64,000 bases of DNA, from NCBI RefSeq assembly GCF_009914755.1, contig NC_060936.1. One strand, 5' to 3'. This stretch comes from the human T2T-CHM13v2.0 reference genome, Homo sapiens. A model generated the notes under the pieces. It had not been told where the DNA came from. It saw only the letters and a program-made list of their open reading frames with translations, and did not search any database. Position numbers and translations under genes: made by a program. Positions 60,831 to 64,000 of this stretch are shown one piece after another (position 1 is the stretch's first letter; the number at the start of each line of letters is the position of its first letter).

Positions 60831-62604
60831 AATGGGCATGTGATGTGCTCTCTTAGGTGTAAAAGGGAGACTACACTACCACCTACATACATGTTGCATT
60901 GAAATATCTGACTTAGATTTCCTCTGTTTCACATCTCTGTTTGGAAGGAATGGGGTTTTAACACACATCTCTGATTGCTGACCATGATGATTACCATAAA
61001 AATGGTGAGCATTATGGCCAGATGGAAATGAGATATGTTGATTAACTTGAATGAAGCAAAGTGGGCTTTGCCACTCTCTGTTCTTTTAACAACCCAGTCT
61101 TTAAAATCCATGCAGACGAACATCCCAGGAATCCTTTTCATCTTATATTGGGCTTTCCTATATGATGCCTCAATGCTCCTTACATTGGCTCAGCCTTGGC
61201 ATATCCTTCTAATTGTCACCTTCCATTCCCTACCCACTGCTCCTAGTTGAAGACTGGCCTGCCCTGGAGTCATGTCTACACATCCTAATGAATGCGTGGC
61301 AAAAGTTGCTAATTTGATTGATTAATTTATCCAGCCCAATGAGGCAAGACAAGAGTAGTGACTCCCTGGTTAATTATAGTATGAATAACCTGTGTAAAAT
61401 TATAGATGGACAGGCCTTATTCTTATGTGTTTCTTTTCAACCGGTCTGGGTTTGACAAAGGATCTCACTGTTCTTATTAAAGCAGTTTCATTATTCCAAT
61501 GCTAAGGCAAGTTTTGGAACTGCCCAGTGAGAAGCAGAGTCACAGGACATACCTTATGCTCTCTAACAAATGCCATCCAAAAAACAGACACCACTGTTGT
61601 CCATCTCCTGGATGACAAAGCAGACACTTTGCAACACAGCAGAGGAGGCAGAAGGGAAACAGCTTCCTTTGCTGGTGACCAGCAGAAGCCACCCCTATTC
61701 CACTTATGCCTTTATAATCTCCAAATGCAATGGAATAATTTTGCATCAGGTTCCTGACCACAGAAATGAAACTTTTTTTCTTATTACATTTGTGTGTTTG
61801 TGATAGATGTGATTACTAAACACAGGTTTATTCGGAAGTTAACATATCTGTTGCACAAAAAGCCACTTCTCCAGCTCTTACTGAAGGGGTCATTGAGAAG
61901 TCAGAAATTCCAGTTCCTAAAAAGCTGGATGACTTTACTAATGCTGTCTTTTCTCAGTATCAGGCTTTATTACACCTTTTCCCAGAAGCCACTCTTCGTT
62001 TCCTAACTCTATCACAGCAGGGTTCAACAGAGTAGCTTTCTCCTATGCTAAACAAATGATTTTTTGAGATTTCTTTTCCACTCACTAAGCTTCCAGTACT
62101 ATCTAAGTTTGCCAAATATCTCAAAGGAATTAAAGATCTAATTTAAGAGAAGATGGCAAGTGCCTTCTCAAAGAAACCGGGAGTACCCATCCTTAATGGT
62201 AAGAGTGACAAAGGAGGAAGCAGCAGTGGCCCATTTCCTCAGCCTCACTGAGCAGCATCTATGAAAAATGAGCTCAGCTGTTAACAGCCCGGGAGGGACT
62301 GCTATCTACCACATCACAGTCAGTTGAGAAGAACAGGATGTTCTGAGTACAGCATGAACCTCAAAGCTAGAGTCAAAAACCATATTTCCCAGGCAAGTGT
62401 TTACCTTTGTCTTCAATCTTCAAGAGAGAACGTTTCTGTTCTATGAAGAGTTAAGAAAACCCTGCCTGAGAAAGGAGCAGTGCAGAACTGATACACCTCT
62501 TTATTTTCACCTTATTAATGAAAAGAAAGCTCACTCTGGGTTGATAACAACATACCAATATAGGAAGAGTGCCAAAGTAACCCTGGCACTCTTCCTATAT
62601 TCTT

Positions 62605-63560
62605 TTTTTTTATTATTGTATTTTAAGTTCTGGGATACCTGTGCAGAATGTGCAGGTTTGTTACATAGGTATACAAGTGCCGTGGTGGTTTGTTGCACCC
62701 ATCAACCTGCCATCTACATTAGGTATTTCTCCTAATGCTATCCCTCCCCTGGAACCCCCACCCAATGTCAGGCCCCAGTGTGTGATGTTCCCCTCCCTGT
62801 GTCCATGTGTTCTCATTGTTCAACTCCCAATTATGAGTGAGAACATGCAGTGTTTGGTTTTCTGTTCCTGTATTAGTTGGCTGAGAATGATGGTTTCCAG
62901 CTTCATCCATGTCCCTGCAAAGGACATGAACTCATCCTTTTTGTGGCTACATAGTATTCCATGGTGTATATGTGCCACATTTTCTTTATCCAGTCTATCA
63001 TTGATGGGCATTTGGGTTGGTTCCAAGTCTTTGCTATTGTGAATAGTGCTGCAATAAACATACGTGTGCATGTGTCTTTATAGTAGAATGATTTATAATC
63101 CTTTGGGTATATACCCAGTAATGGGATAGCTGTGTCAAATGGTATTTCTGGTTCTAGGTCCTTGAGGAATCATCATACTGTCTTCCACAATGGTTGAACA
63201 GGCACCCTACAGAATGGGAGAAAATTTTTGCAATCTATCCATCTGACAAAGAGCTAATATCCAAAATCTACAAGGAATTTAAACAGATTTACAAGAGAAA
63301 AACAAACAACCCCATCAAAAAGCAGGCGAAGGATATGAACAGACACATCTCAAAGGAGGACATTTATGTGGCCAATAAACCTATGAAAAAAAGCTCATCA
63401 TCACTGGTCATTAGAGAAATGTAAATCAAAACCACAATTAGATACCATTTCACGCCAGTTATAATGGTGATCATTAAAAAATCAGGAAACAACAGATGCT
63501 GGAGAAGATGTGGAGAAATAGGAATGCTTTTACACTGTTGGTGGGAGTGTGCATTAGTTC
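62605..63560 (-). mobile_element. L1PA7/8-like element with twin-priming inversion (3' part 62605-63199 minus; inverted part 63197-63560 plus)
   Basis: Minus part ends ccacaatggttgaac; plus part ends gtgggagtgtgcattagttc (adjacent in the L1 consensus); TSD tcttcctatattctt at 62590 and tcttccttgattctt at 63559. Confidence 0.92.
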
Positions 63561-64000
63561 TTCCTTGATTCTTAAAGGAACCATGCTTAATCTCCAGGTC
63601 TACTTGTTTACAGCTGAAGTGAGCCCCCAAGCAGTTATAGATTAAATTAGTTTGCATCAGGTAAATTGGTTTCCACCAAACTGAATGAAGGCACAGAAGC
63701 TGGTTGGGATTCTTCTGTTAAACATTGTCTAGTCTCGGAAAGCAAAAAATAATAATAATGAAAGGAGGCACTAACAAGGAAATGAAGTAAGTTTAATGCC
63801 TAAAAATAGCCATGCTTAGTAAATACTCATTTCTCATCCTCAGTGAGTCCCTTTGTAAACTGCAGTTAAAAATGAAGGCTTAAGATGTGCAATCCAGGAG
63901 CTGTCAGGCCTAACTTCTATCAAGTATCACTGCTTAGTTGATAGCTGGTTGAGCATAGAATTTTAGAATCAGACATATCTGGTTTTCATCTGGGTCTACT

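Overview
This is human genomic DNA, identified by the human-specific AluYb8 at 9283-9586. It is AT-rich, non-coding and dominated by interspersed repeats: about 17 Alus, L1PA/L1PB/L1MA/L1MC pieces, a complete MSTA MaLR provirus with target-site duplication (TSD), solo MLT/MST/LTR16 LTRs, hAT MITEs (MER1A, MER5, MER20, MER58A, MER94), MIR and L2. I found no conventional protein-coding gene, rRNA, tRNA or CRISPR array, and nearly all ORFs in the track are repeat-derived or chance. The one gene-like signal is on the minus strand: two exons with canonical splice sites (20663-20592 and 19289 downward) join in frame into a short ORF ending ...QRAMQFVTEG*. From memory and unverified, this resembles LINC01619/C12orf79 near BTG1. 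The most unusual structures are a ~225-bp local duplication next to that last exon (it adds an ATG and a poly-Ile leader in frame), a ~160-200-bp inverted repeat around an L2 fragment (42.3-43.2 kb), two twin-primed L1s, and a TSD-less L1 inserted in an older L1. I cannot support a new multi-gene biological system here. Repeat subfamily calls come from recalled consensus sequences, and boundaries of old repeats are approximate.
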